Positions 8,737-17,681 of a stretch of DNA of 36,398 nucleotides are shown piece after piece. The notes beneath the pieces were generated by a model. That model was not told where the DNA came from, did no database searches, and worked only from the letters and a program-made list of their open reading frames with translations. The DNA lies in IMG/VR virus record IMGVR_UViG_2537562173_000010; one strand, written 5' to 3'. The position numbers and the translations under genes are program-made. Each line of letters starts with the position of its first letter. Within the stretch, counting starts at the first letter, position 1. The DNA comes from a virus. Its lineage: Duplodnaviria; Heunggongvirae; Uroviricota; Caudoviricetes.

Positions 8737-9941
8737 CGGTCAGGCTCCTTATAATTGCTGTTAACCGAGGTGACCAGATTTGCCAGGTATTTATTGGTAA
8801 TACGCTGGCGCAGGGTCAGGTTTTCAAGAGGAGGCACCGGTGTATAGTCGTAGTCGATATACAGTTTTCCGGCCTTGAGGGTTTCCGCATCGTTGGATTC
8901 TTCGCTGAACCAGCAGGTCGCATCCACGATATAGCCGTTTGTTTTCAGCTCACGGAATTTGGCATTGATGCCGTCAACGATGTCGCGAATCAGCGTTGCG
9001 GTGATGGGCTTGTCCACCGCCCACATGTGCGCCTCAGCCATCGTGTCAGCCAGTACCTGCGCGGTGCGGGTGTAGTTTTCAAAGAGGAACAGCGGGTCAT
9101 CAGAGCAGGTACGGTTACCCCAGAATCGGAAACCGTCGCGGCGAATCAGCGTAGTGACGCCTGACTCGTTAAGCAGGTCAGCATCGGTGCCGGACTCCTG
9201 CAAATCCCAGAATACAGATGCGCTGATGCCGGTAACACCGTTTACCCCGACGTTGGACAGCGTTTTATGCCAGCCCTGCTCCTGGTCGATTTTAGCGCGC
9301 AGACCCAGCGCACGGGCGGTGGCATACGCGGTAGCGGTGGTACTGGTGACCGTATCCCATGCGAGGAAATCCGGCCAGATGACCATCAGCTCACGCTGGC
9401 TGAAATTCTGGCGGTAGGCTTTCACCTCGGAAATGGTCTTACAGCCCCATGCGCTGATATATCCGAAAGCGCGCAGCTTCTGACAGACGGATGCCAGTGC
9501 AACAGCCACCTCTTTGGTATCCAGTCCCGGCACACCGAGAATACGCGGTTTAACACCGGTTACCGACTCCGCCGCCAGCAGGGCTTTTAGTCCGGTGTAC
9601 TGACCGTTTTCGTCGGTGGTGCCGATGATATTGGAAACGGTCTGCGCGAGTTTCGTTTCCTCGTCATCACCGGTGCAGTCTTCCACGCGCACGACAACGG
9701 TGACCGGTTTTGACTGGTCAGCGATGGCCTGCAACGATGCCGCCAGCGTGCCTTTTTTACCGGCCTTTGCAATTGCGCTTTGCACATTGGTAATCAGCAC
9801 CGGTTTATTGAGGGGGAAGGTTTCCGCATCCGCATCGCTGGCCGTGCAGACCATGCCGACAATGGCAGTGGATACGGTGGAAATGACGCGGGTGCCGTCG
9901 TTAATCTCCAGCACCTGCACGCCATGATGATAGTCACTCAT
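8709..9941 (-). CDS. FI: contractile tail sheath protein FI
   Basis: 410 aa (MSDYHHGVQVLEINDGTRV...), sheath position upstream of FII. About 14 aa longer than my recollection of P2 FI. Confidence 0.85.
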   Translation of the reverse strand: MSDYHHGVQVLEINDGTRVISTVSTAIVGMVCTASDADAETFPLNKPVLITNVQSAIAKAGKKGTLAASLQAIADQSKPVTVVVRVEDCTGDDEETKLAQTVSNIIGTTDENGQYTGLKALLAAESVTGVKPRILGVPGLDTKEVAVALASVCQKLRAFGYISAWGCKTISEVKAYRQNFSQRELMVIWPDFLAWDTVTSTTATAYATARALGLRAKIDQEQGWHKTLSNVGVNGVTGISASVFWDLQESGTDADLLNESGVTTLIRRDGFRFWGNRTCSDDPLFLFENYTRTAQVLADTMAEAHMWAVDKPITATLIRDIVDGINAKFRELKTNGYIVDATCWFSEESNDAETLKAGKLYIDYDYTPVPPLENLTLRQRITNKYLANLVTSVNSNYKEPDRWQCRANSS

Positions 9942-10045
9942 CCGTTTAACTCCGTGGTTAATGGGTACAACTATTTTCTGTTGTGCAGAGCATAAGACGC
10001 TATTTGACCTGGCTGGTCAGTGGATGAAACAACAGATAAAGAAAA

Positions 10046-10064
10046 GGCGGGCAATTCGCCCGCC
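10046..10064 (-). terminator. hairpin terminator between the cargo island and FI
   Basis: Perfect 7-bp stem GGCGGGC / GCCCGCC with loop AATTC; on the minus strand it is followed by TTTTCTTTATCTG. Confidence 0.5.
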
Positions 10065-10120
10065 TGTCCTGATTTGTACTCACTCATTTTCCGCCTGACA
10101 ATTTACATAGCCCAAATGCT

Positions 10121-10144
10121 ATCAAACCTGACAGTCTGCTTTGA
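10121..10144 (+). repeat. site A: 23-bp near-palindromic repeat on the left flank of the cargo cassette
   Basis: ATCAAACCTGACAGTCTGCTTTGA; 21/23 identical to site B at 12431-12454 in direct orientation. Internally an imperfect palindrome (TCAAAC...CTTTGA). Confidence 0.65.
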
Positions 10145-10271
10145 GCGAAAAGTGGACATTAGAGTTACAAAAGCAAGTTTAAATCATCCAAAATATTACA
10201 ATGTCCTTATCTATCTGATATCGTTATGATAAAAAGCTCCTGAATATAATCGATAGTAGGTGGTTATTTCC

Positions 10272-10649
10272 ATGAAATCAATTTTAGAGGTCTTTACTCA
10301 AGGAAATACTAAAGAAAAACTGGCTGTTATCGCCGATCTCACAACCATTGCGGGAATATCGATTGCAACTATTATTGCTGGTTTGTTAACCCTAGTTGCA
10401 AAAACAGATAAACTAGATGTTGGAAATCTGTTTGGAGTTGTCATAATATCTCTGCTCGGATTGGCTGGTGTTTGCTGTTTTGTGGCCTTATTTATTTGGG
10501 TTATAACCCAAATGTCTAAACCATGGGGAACACCTCGGGGGGTTCAGCCCTTAGTTAAGTGTGCTATTTCCCTTATCTTTATCTGTATGTTTTTGCTGGC
10601 TGTCTTTACATTTTATGAGTTTATTTCTTCGATGAGCATACGCTATTGA
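10272..10649 (+). CDS. small integral membrane protein (about 125 aa, 3-4 predicted TM helices)
   Basis: ATG at 10272 with AGGTGG RBS 9 nt upstream (the ORF track starts at GTG 10260). Highly hydrophobic, AT-rich, in the Z/fun position and oriented opposite to the tail genes. Confidence 0.55.
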   Translation: MKSILEVFTQGNTKEKLAVIADLTTIAGISIATIIAGLLTLVAKTDKLDVGNLFGVVIISLLGLAGVCCFVALFIWVITQMSKPWGTPRGVQPLVKCAISLIFICMFLLAVFTFYEFISSMSIRY

Positions 10650-10671
10650 ATATAAAATCAGCCCCCATAAC

Positions 10672-11256
10672 TTAAAAGAGACCTTCTATATCGACTTCAA
10701 TGCCCAAATAACGGACTGTGCTTTCCAGTTTCTTATGGCCCAACAGAAGTTGGATCACCCGGAGACTCTTGGTTTTCTTGTAGATTAAGTAAGGTTTTGT
10801 TCTTCTCATGGAATGTGTGCTGTACAGCGAATCTTCGAGACCAAGCTTTTCTACCCACCCATGAAAAATTCGGTTGTATTGCCGGGTTGATATATGGTGG
10901 GTAGTTCCGACCCGAGAGCGGAACAGGAAGCCTTTACTATGCCAGTTGCCGAGCTTTATCAATGCAGTAACCGCTTCCCTTGTCCCTTTGGTTATCTCAA
11001 ATTGGACAGGGCTGCCGGTTTTCTGTTGCAACACCGTTGCTCTGCTTGAGACAGAACTGCCATATGCAGCATCTGATACTTTGAGTTTGACCAAATCACA
11101 GCCCCGTAGCTTAGTGTCCAAAGCCATGTTGAACAGAGCTAGATCGCGTGTTTTACCTTCCAACTCAAGTCTAATCCGGATCCCCCAGATATGAAATATC
11201 TGAAGTGGCCTTTTTTGACCGATGGTACGGTCTTTATTCCACGGTGACGTTTTCAT
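10672..11256 (-). CDS. small tyrosine recombinase, FimB/FimE-like (catalytic domain only, about 194 aa)
   Basis: Tyrosine-recombinase boxes: TKLRGCDLVKLKVSD (box I Arg), HSMRRT (H-x-x-R), LLGHKKLESTVRYLGIE (catalytic RY). No N-terminal core-binding domain. Start taken at internal Met MKTSPWNK with GGAG RBS; the ORF track's 228-aa extension is rejected. Confidence 0.75.
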   Translation of the reverse strand: MKTSPWNKDRTIGQKRPLQIFHIWGIRIRLELEGKTRDLALFNMALDTKLRGCDLVKLKVSDAAYGSSVSSRATVLQQKTGSPVQFEITKGTREAVTALIKLGNWHSKGFLFRSRVGTTHHISTRQYNRIFHGWVEKLGLEDSLYSTHSMRRTKPYLIYKKTKSLRVIQLLLGHKKLESTVRYLGIEVDIEGLF

Positions 11257-11362
11257 ATTCAAATCTCCTGCAATGTGGGAGATTTGAGTATGGTTGTCTC
11301 TCAAGAGCGAAAATAAGTCAACTATCACTAGTTGTTGCGCATGTACGTATTCTGTCAATTAA

Positions 11363-12205
11363 TTATTGACAATCATCAATTCTGGAATGATCAAAATCAT
11401 CATATCGAATTATAGTCTGGTTGACTGTATCTATTGTTGGTGTCATTTCTGTTATAATATCCTGATAACCTAAAGAGTTAAATACATTTACTAAGGCCTC
11501 ACACCGAAGGGCCGTAGCAATTACAAAATTATAAATTGCCAGCCGTTTATTTTCTTGTTTAACTGCAAGAATGAATTCGATAGCAGTATTTTCATCACTT
11601 TGGATTGCATTATATAGAGATACTATATTTACCATATCATCAGAGAATGTATGTATTGAATCACAAAGGGGAACGTAATGGGCATGATAGTGTGTTTCCC
11701 AGCCAATTAATTCAAAAAGTCTTCTGGTTCCTGGATATTCAGGTGTATTTGGCCACAATCTATTAAATAGATCAGTTAGTTCTTTTCCCATGCGAATCCT
11801 TTCATTTGCTGCTGGATTAGTCATTCCTTTGGATTTTAAACACTCCAGCCACCGTTTTCCATTACTATGAACTAATTTCTTACTAGCCTTGAGTAATGCT
11901 TGTGCATTTTCGCCATCATCTATTGCTATATAAAATTGATTGGCAGCCTGTTCTATTATAACCCTAGCTAATACTTCCGATGCTGAAAAGGCTCCTATAT
12001 TCAAAGAAGAGATAGCCTGATTACTAAGTTCATTCAGTACATTAAAGTACTGTAAGACCATCAATTTTTGTTCCACACCCTTTAGGTTGTCTATTTTATT
12101 TTTATGCTCCTCAAATTTTGCATGGATATATTTATTTATCGCGGCTATTTTTTTTACATCTTCGTCAAGATCAAACGGGCAACGTCCAAACAATTCTTTT
12201 TTCAT
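11363..12205 (-). CDS. hypothetical protein (280 aa), AT-rich cargo
   Basis: ORF with strong RBS (AGGAGA 6 nt upstream of the ATG). Very AT-rich. No P-loop or nuclease motif I recognise. Co-oriented with and 106 bp upstream of the recombinase gene. Confidence 0.65.
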   Translation of the reverse strand: MKKELFGRCPFDLDEDVKKIAAINKYIHAKFEEHKNKIDNLKGVEQKLMVLQYFNVLNELSNQAISSLNIGAFSASEVLARVIIEQAANQFYIAIDDGENAQALLKASKKLVHSNGKRWLECLKSKGMTNPAANERIRMGKELTDLFNRLWPNTPEYPGTRRLFELIGWETHYHAHYVPLCDSIHTFSDDMVNIVSLYNAIQSDENTAIEFILAVKQENKRLAIYNFVIATALRCEALVNVFNSLGYQDIITEMTPTIDTVNQTIIRYDDFDHSRIDDCQ

Positions 12206-12430
12206 ATATTTCTCCTGTTGTACAAGCTTCCATAAGTTGGCAGATTATACACTGAAGATTACCTATAAATAGCTGTGCGGGATAGCAGATCAGTGCAAGA
12301 AGTACAACCAAGTGAACTGTGCGTATTCAGATACCTGGCCTAACGTTCGCGATAGCCGTCCCCTGCACGAAGCCATATATTAGATGTATTAGCTCAGACC
12401 TTATCTGACAGGTTGAGTAGGTAGAATCTA

Positions 12431-12454
12431 ATCAAAGCTGACAGTCTGGTTTGG
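12431..12454 (+). repeat. site B: 23-bp near-palindromic repeat on the right flank of the cargo cassette
   Basis: ATCAAAGCTGACAGTCTGGTTTGG; shares the exact core CTGACAGTCTG with site A in direct orientation. Confidence 0.65.
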
Positions 12455-12550
12455 ACTGTGAGTTCAACCGATGGATGCAACACACAGCGATCTACGGACA
12501 TTACTAGCATAGCTGTGTATTAATCATCGGGAAGCAGGTCAGTCCGCTCC

Positions 12551-12592
12551 TAGCACAGAGCAGACTGTCAGATTAGGCTTTACTCTGTGCTA
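12551..12592. repeat. hairpin with 10-bp perfect stem carrying an inverted copy (site C) of the recombinase-site core
   Basis: TAGCACAGAG (12551-12560) pairs with CTCTGTGCTA (12583-12592). The loop contains CAGACTGTCAG, the reverse complement of the A/B core; the extended match to A is 13 bp (ATCTGACAGTCTGCT). Confidence 0.6.
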
Positions 12593-12626
12593 TAGATACG
12601 TTAGCTCACTCCAGAGATCATACAAC

Positions 12627-13154
12627 TTATTGCGGCATTTCCGGCCATTCAGGATTTGCAGGATCCACACGGCTGACCAGAACACTGTAGCGTTCCCATG
12701 CTTCCAGTCGGCTACGCTCCTCATCTGTTGCCATATTCAGTCTGACAGAGCGTTCCAGTGGCTGAATGATAGTTTCAGCTTCGGAAAGCAAAGCTGACTT
12801 CTGTAATTCCGCCAGTTGCAGCTGTTCGTCTGCCGTATAAATCCGCTTAATCACGGCACCATCCTTAAACATCCATTTACCTGAGTCATCAGCACGTCGG
12901 TTGGCGGTAATATCAGGAACCTCGACAACGCTAAAACCTTCAGGGTTGAGCGTTGAAGCATCTCTGGTGATGCCGACAATTATATTATTCTCATCGTAAA
13001 CAATCTTTATCGTGTCTTCCTGAAAATTACTTACTTCCTCATACCAGTTTTTTCCCTCTTCGGACCATAACCAGATAACATCAAAATTTTTTGTCAGTTG
13101 ATATTGGGCAACAGTTTTTGGATTACCCGCAGTAATATTTTTTAAATGCTGCAT
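12627..13154 (-). CDS. G: tail fibre assembly protein G
   Basis: 175 aa, the P2 gpG length, immediately downstream of H. Confidence 0.85.
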   Translation of the reverse strand: MQHLKNITAGNPKTVAQYQLTKNFDVIWLWSEEGKNWYEEVSNFQEDTIKIVYDENNIIVGITRDASTLNPEGFSVVEVPDITANRRADDSGKWMFKDGAVIKRIYTADEQLQLAELQKSALLSEAETIIQPLERSVRLNMATDEERSRLEAWERYSVLVSRVDPANPEWPEMPQ

Positions 13155-13157
13155 AAA

Positions 13158-15887
13158 TTACACCTGTGCGACGTTATACCATGTGCCATTGATGTATTTT
13201 TGTATTGGTCTGAATACTGCGGGGTCATCACCATCGACTTCACCGACAATACCAAGCCCGGTAATTACGTGCCCTGCTTTCTCATACATCACCCCTTTCT
13301 GCATGGTCTGGACAACACGTGTGCCAAGTCTGACATCTCTCACATAGCGGGAATCAAAGTTACCGTAATCCGAGGGATTAACACGCCCCGTAATATTTAT
13401 GGTTTTATTACTTTGAACGCTTCCGGAGACAAAGCGCATAACATGGACGCTATTAGCATAAACATCCAGATTACCATCACCATTTTGTTTAAAGCCCGTG
13501 TCATTATCACCCAAAACAATCGAATTACCGCCAAGAGCACTGGATGTTCCTATACCCAGAGCACCATTCAATTGACCACCAGATAACGGCAGTGCACCGA
13601 CATCTCCCGCTGTAGGTTTTCGCGTTGTGGTATAAAACTCAGACCAGTCAGCCTCGAATCCGTAACCGTCACGAGCAGAACGATAAAAAATACCACCGTT
13701 CTTATAATTAACGCGAAACTGGGCGGCGGGACAACTTCCTTCCCCGATATTAAAATGAAGAATTAACGTTGATGCCCCACCAATAGTTGCGTTATAGGCT
13801 CCGCTACTCCAGTTCCATCCAACGGCTTTATCATTCGCAACGGTGTCTCCTGTTTTTCCTGAAGCAAATGCACCAATATTTTTCGGCGTCAGGTTAATAT
13901 CTGATGTTCCATCAAACGAAACGTTATTAATTTTACGGGCTGTTTTCAGCTTTGTTGCTGTCGCCGCATTGCCGGACAGTTCACCAGAAAGGCCAGCACT
14001 GAATGTCTGTTTCGCGCCCCATGTCTGGGCTTCGTCGATAATTGGCACACGTCTTGTCGTGATCGTGCGGCTTCCCGGATTTCCTGAAATACGCACCATA
14101 AAAAAGCGGTAGTTGGCTTTACTTACAGTGCTGCGCCATACATGCATTGAGCGTCCCGAACCAGAATCATCACTCGGACCGACTGAGATGTTTATCAGGT
14201 TGCCATCAATGACGCCCCAGTCCATACCGTCGGGAATATTGGTCATGTTATCCAGCCGAACGGTTATCAGACTGCCCGGCACAAAATCGTATGTCTGCCA
14301 GTCCAGGCTGGTGAGTTTTGCCACTGCGCCACCGATACCCAACTCTAACGGCAAAGAGTTTGAGTTATAAATCTGTCGCCACTCCCCCCACGCGTTAAAT
14401 GAGCCACCAAGAAACACTCGCTCATATAAACGGTCTTTTGTAGCTGCGCTGGTTCCTGTGGTCGTGTAACGTTGCAAAACATAGACACCATCCTTGCGCC
14501 TGATGACTTCCAGAAAACCAGACTGCCCCTGGATTGGGGTGTGGGTCGCTTTGCCTGTCACACTGTAAATACCTGGAGACATCAAATCATCCAGGTCATC
14601 CTCATAGAAGGTACTACTGGTCTGATAACCAATTTGGATCCAGTCTTCCCACTGTGGATTTTCTGCATCCCATTTGGCTGTCAGGCCGCGAATATACATA
14701 GTCCCGTTACGGGTTGTATAACGCTGTGTGCGTCCATATAGCCCACCTTCGAAAATTTCCAGAATGCCCTGCGCGTCTCCTCCCTGCTCGGGGTAATGTC
14801 GTTCAAAAGAAGCTATTGCTGAACTGCTGTTTCTCCATAGACCTAAATGTTCTGCGCCACCGAGAGAGTTAAGGTCAATGGTCGTACTTAGAGCTCGCGT
14901 TACAGCCTGAACATGGCGCCATGCTCCCCATGGTCCATCATTACCATTCCATGTTCCAATGAGTTTGCGGATATACAAATTTCCGTCACGTGTGGTATAG
15001 CGTTGCGTGCCTGCAAAATTGCCGCCAGTAAAAACCTCAAGCACACCGACAGCATTATCTTCAGGGAAGTTTTTCTCCAGTGTTGCGTTGGTGGACGTTG
15101 CTTTAGACCAGATACCTGAATAAGCCTTAACAGAACCAAACGTATTCAGATCAGCATCAACCGGCATTTCGCCATTGTTTTTCATAAACGTCAGGCTGGT
15201 AACGCCAACATTGTCCAGAAAAGCTGATTTATCCTGGATATCTGCACCATTCTGATTTTTCGCCAGACGTGAATTTGCGTTGTCATTTGCTGCCTTGACC
15301 GCTTTTGGCGTTGCTGCCAATGACTCACTGGTGCTGTTTGTTGCACTGCTTAACTGAGTAAAACCTTTTTCTGTCAGCGTGGCGTCAGGATGGCGGCGGG
15401 ACTGCTCATGCTCTGCGATTTTGTCATCGACGTAATCCTGCGTCGCCATCACTGTGCTGGCATCAATACTCAGCTCAACGGACGCCACGTTACTGACAAT
15501 AATAACCATGCGGCAGGTCTGCGCACGCCCGGAGCCTTCAGCCAGTTCTGGCTTATAGCTTTCAGCCATGTTGGATACCGCAATCAGTGTTCCGGCATCG
15601 TCATACAGACCAAGCTCACGCATCCAGAAGCCGCCCACTTCGGGCGGTACAACCAGTTCAGCCACGATATAGTTTTTATTCTTGTTATCCACGCTGACTT
15701 TATTCAGAGCGTGACGCCAGACCTCATGCACCAGTTTCGTCTGACCGGCATCCGGCACCGGCAATTTGCCATTACCGTCACCCACGGCCATTGCAGACAG
15801 GGTTACTTTTTTCCCGCCGGGGACAGTGGCGGCTGCCAGCTTTGCGGCTCCGGCAGTAGTGATAACGGTTTTAAATTTCGTGCTCAT
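13158..15887 (-). CDS. H: tail fibre protein H (expanded, 909 aa)
   Basis: N-terminus MSTKFKTVITTAGAAKLAAA... is P2 H-like. Three internal repeats of the ...QRYTTR.G..YIR... module. Longer than P2 H (about 669 aa from memory). Confidence 0.85.
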   Translation of the reverse strand: MSTKFKTVITTAGAAKLAAATVPGGKKVTLSAMAVGDGNGKLPVPDAGQTKLVHEVWRHALNKVSVDNKNKNYIVAELVVPPEVGGFWMRELGLYDDAGTLIAVSNMAESYKPELAEGSGRAQTCRMVIIVSNVASVELSIDASTVMATQDYVDDKIAEHEQSRRHPDATLTEKGFTQLSSATNSTSESLAATPKAVKAANDNANSRLAKNQNGADIQDKSAFLDNVGVTSLTFMKNNGEMPVDADLNTFGSVKAYSGIWSKATSTNATLEKNFPEDNAVGVLEVFTGGNFAGTQRYTTRDGNLYIRKLIGTWNGNDGPWGAWRHVQAVTRALSTTIDLNSLGGAEHLGLWRNSSSAIASFERHYPEQGGDAQGILEIFEGGLYGRTQRYTTRNGTMYIRGLTAKWDAENPQWEDWIQIGYQTSSTFYEDDLDDLMSPGIYSVTGKATHTPIQGQSGFLEVIRRKDGVYVLQRYTTTGTSAATKDRLYERVFLGGSFNAWGEWRQIYNSNSLPLELGIGGAVAKLTSLDWQTYDFVPGSLITVRLDNMTNIPDGMDWGVIDGNLINISVGPSDDSGSGRSMHVWRSTVSKANYRFFMVRISGNPGSRTITTRRVPIIDEAQTWGAKQTFSAGLSGELSGNAATATKLKTARKINNVSFDGTSDINLTPKNIGAFASGKTGDTVANDKAVGWNWSSGAYNATIGGASTLILHFNIGEGSCPAAQFRVNYKNGGIFYRSARDGYGFEADWSEFYTTTRKPTAGDVGALPLSGGQLNGALGIGTSSALGGNSIVLGDNDTGFKQNGDGNLDVYANSVHVMRFVSGSVQSNKTINITGRVNPSDYGNFDSRYVRDVRLGTRVVQTMQKGVMYEKAGHVITGLGIVGEVDGDDPAVFRPIQKYINGTWYNVAQV

Positions 15888-15897
15888 TGTTTCTCAC

Positions 15898-16428
15898 TTA
15901 TCCGGGATAAACAGTAATAACATCACCATCACAGACCACACCGCCTGTATACAGACAGCCGGGAATGTCCTGGATAATGTTCAGACCGATAAGGTGGCGA
16001 CTTGCGGGTTTGGCATCGGCAATAAGCCGTTCCATTTCCAGATACATCTCCTCCGTGATGCCGCTTTCCAGCACACCGATATCAAGGCGAAAGGTTCCGG
16101 GCGGGTCGTTTGTCTCCCACCATTCCTTTACGTTAATGAGATAGCCGAGCGGCTCCACCACACGCCGGATTGCGCCTATAGTGCCCTTATGGCAGTGAAT
16201 GAAATACGCATCGCGGATAACGGCGCGTTTTGTTGCTTCCGGCCACTTTTCATCCCACCTGTCAACAGAAAACGCCCACGCCAGCCACGGCAGCAGATTT
16301 GCCGGACAGGTGTCCGGGTTCCACAGCTCACGAATACTGACCGGCGTTTTTTCAATTTCCGCACAGGCTTTTGCGGCGGCAACTTCAAGCGGTGATGAGC
16401 CGGTCGGCAGCAGGCGCGAATCACTCAT
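15898..16428 (-). CDS. I: baseplate assembly protein I
   Basis: 176 aa, the P2 gpI length and position. Confidence 0.85.
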   Translation of the reverse strand: MSDSRLLPTGSSPLEVAAAKACAEIEKTPVSIRELWNPDTCPANLLPWLAWAFSVDRWDEKWPEATKRAVIRDAYFIHCHKGTIGAIRRVVEPLGYLINVKEWWETNDPPGTFRLDIGVLESGITEEMYLEMERLIADAKPASRHLIGLNIIQDIPGCLYTGGVVCDGDVITVYPG

Positions 16429-17329
16429 CAGAGCCTCCGGTCACGACGCGGTATTCGGTACAGAAAGACGCCTGCGTACTGTTGAGCACGATGTCGGCCA
16501 GCGGTGCAGTCAGTTCGACACGCTGCACGCCTTCCACATGCAAAGCGGCATAAATGGCAGACAGACGGATGTCGCGCCCCAGCCGGTGCTGTGCCGTGAT
16601 ATACGCTTCCAGTTTTTTTACTGCGGCCGCGCGGATGGGTTCGCTTTCGGGACCAGGGTAAAGGTAAAGCGTGGCGTTTATCTGGTATTCAACGATGGCG
16701 GCAGACTGCACGGTCACGCGGTCAGCCACCGGCCTGACATCCTCGCCATTAAGGGCGTTACGTACCACCGCCAGCAGGTCTTCGGATGCCACACCGTTAT
16801 TCTCACGTGACAGCACAGAGATGGTGACGCAGGCCGGAGACGGACTGGTGACAGAGATATCCGCGACACGCCCGTCGGCACTGCGGCCATGATACTGATA
16901 GGCACCCACCGACCCGGCGACGCTTAAGCCTTCAAACGCCTGCTGAATACGCAGCCGGTAATCGGTGTCAGACTCCATCACTGCCGGTGTCGGCGGGATA
17001 GTCGAATCATCTGCCGGGGTGATAATCAGGCGCGTGGTGTTGTAATTGGCACCAATCACATCAAGGTCATTACCGGCAGCACAGGCCAGCATCACCGCCC
17101 GTGCGGCCTCATTCACACGCTGACGCCAGATAAGTTCACGATAAGCATTTTCCTCCAGCAGTTTGACGAGAGGCTCGGATTCCAGCGTCAGGGTACGGGC
17201 GACCGCCTCCTGCTGGTCTTCCGGGTAAAGGGAAATCAGTGTCGCCTTGCGTTCGGCAAGAATGGTTTCAAAGTCCAGCTCCTCGACCACATCCGGTGCG
17301 GGTAGCTGGTTCAGGTCGATAATCGGCAT
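16421..17329 (-). CDS. J: baseplate protein J
   Basis: 302 aa, the P2 gpJ length and position. Confidence 0.85.
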   Translation of the reverse strand: MPIIDLNQLPAPDVVEELDFETILAERKATLISLYPEDQQEAVARTLTLESEPLVKLLEENAYRELIWRQRVNEAARAVMLACAAGNDLDVIGANYNTTRLIITPADDSTIPPTPAVMESDTDYRLRIQQAFEGLSVAGSVGAYQYHGRSADGRVADISVTSPSPACVTISVLSRENNGVASEDLLAVVRNALNGEDVRPVADRVTVQSAAIVEYQINATLYLYPGPESEPIRAAAVKKLEAYITAQHRLGRDIRLSAIYAALHVEGVQRVELTAPLADIVLNSTQASFCTEYRVVTGGSDE

Positions 17330-17333
17330 GGTT

Positions 17334-17681
17334 TCAACTCACAGGGATGGTTAACGAAAGTGGCTGGCCGGTGTCGTTGTGCTGACCGGTTAACGTGACC
17401 GTCATTCGCCCGTCAAAACTGCGCTCAGTGGTGACGGATGACAGGGTGACGCGGGGTTCCCATTTCAGCACCGCCATGTAACAGGCGACCTTAATCTGCA
17501 ACTCAAGCGCCGGAGTCTGCGGCTGGTCAATCATTGACGCCAGCAACGAGCCGTAATCACGACGCATCACCCGCGAGCCGACCGGTGTGCGCAGGATATC
17601 GCCGATACTCTGGCTGATATGCTCAAGGTCAGTGACAGTCAGGCCATCACTGCGATTCATTCCGAGATAACGCGCAGTCAT
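17334..17681 (-). CDS. W: baseplate protein W
   Basis: 115 aa, the P2 gpW length. Its ATG overlaps the V stop (ATGA). Confidence 0.85.
   Translation of the reverse strand: MTARYLGMNRSDGLTVTDLEHISQSIGDILRTPVGSRVMRRDYGSLLASMIDQPQTPALELQIKVACYMAVLKWEPRVTLSSVTTERSFDGRMTVTLTGQHNDTGQPLSLTIPVS

Noticed and set aside
9979-9999. Ogr-dependent late promoter element (TGT-N12-ACA) upstream of FI
   Set aside because: Only an imperfect match (TGT-N12-ACG), and its spacing relative to a plausible transcription start is uncertain. Not called as a feature.
10046-12626. Integron (IntI with attC cassettes)
   Set aside because: The recombinase is too short (catalytic domain only) for an integron integrase, and the flanking sites are 23-bp near-palindromes rather than attC-like structures.
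10672-15887. Tail-fibre shufflon or invertase system acting on H/G (Gin/Cin-like)
   Set aside because: The recombinase is a tyrosine FimB/E-type, not a serine invertase. I found no inverted repeats flanking the H C-terminus or G by eye, and the matching sites bracket the cargo cassette instead.
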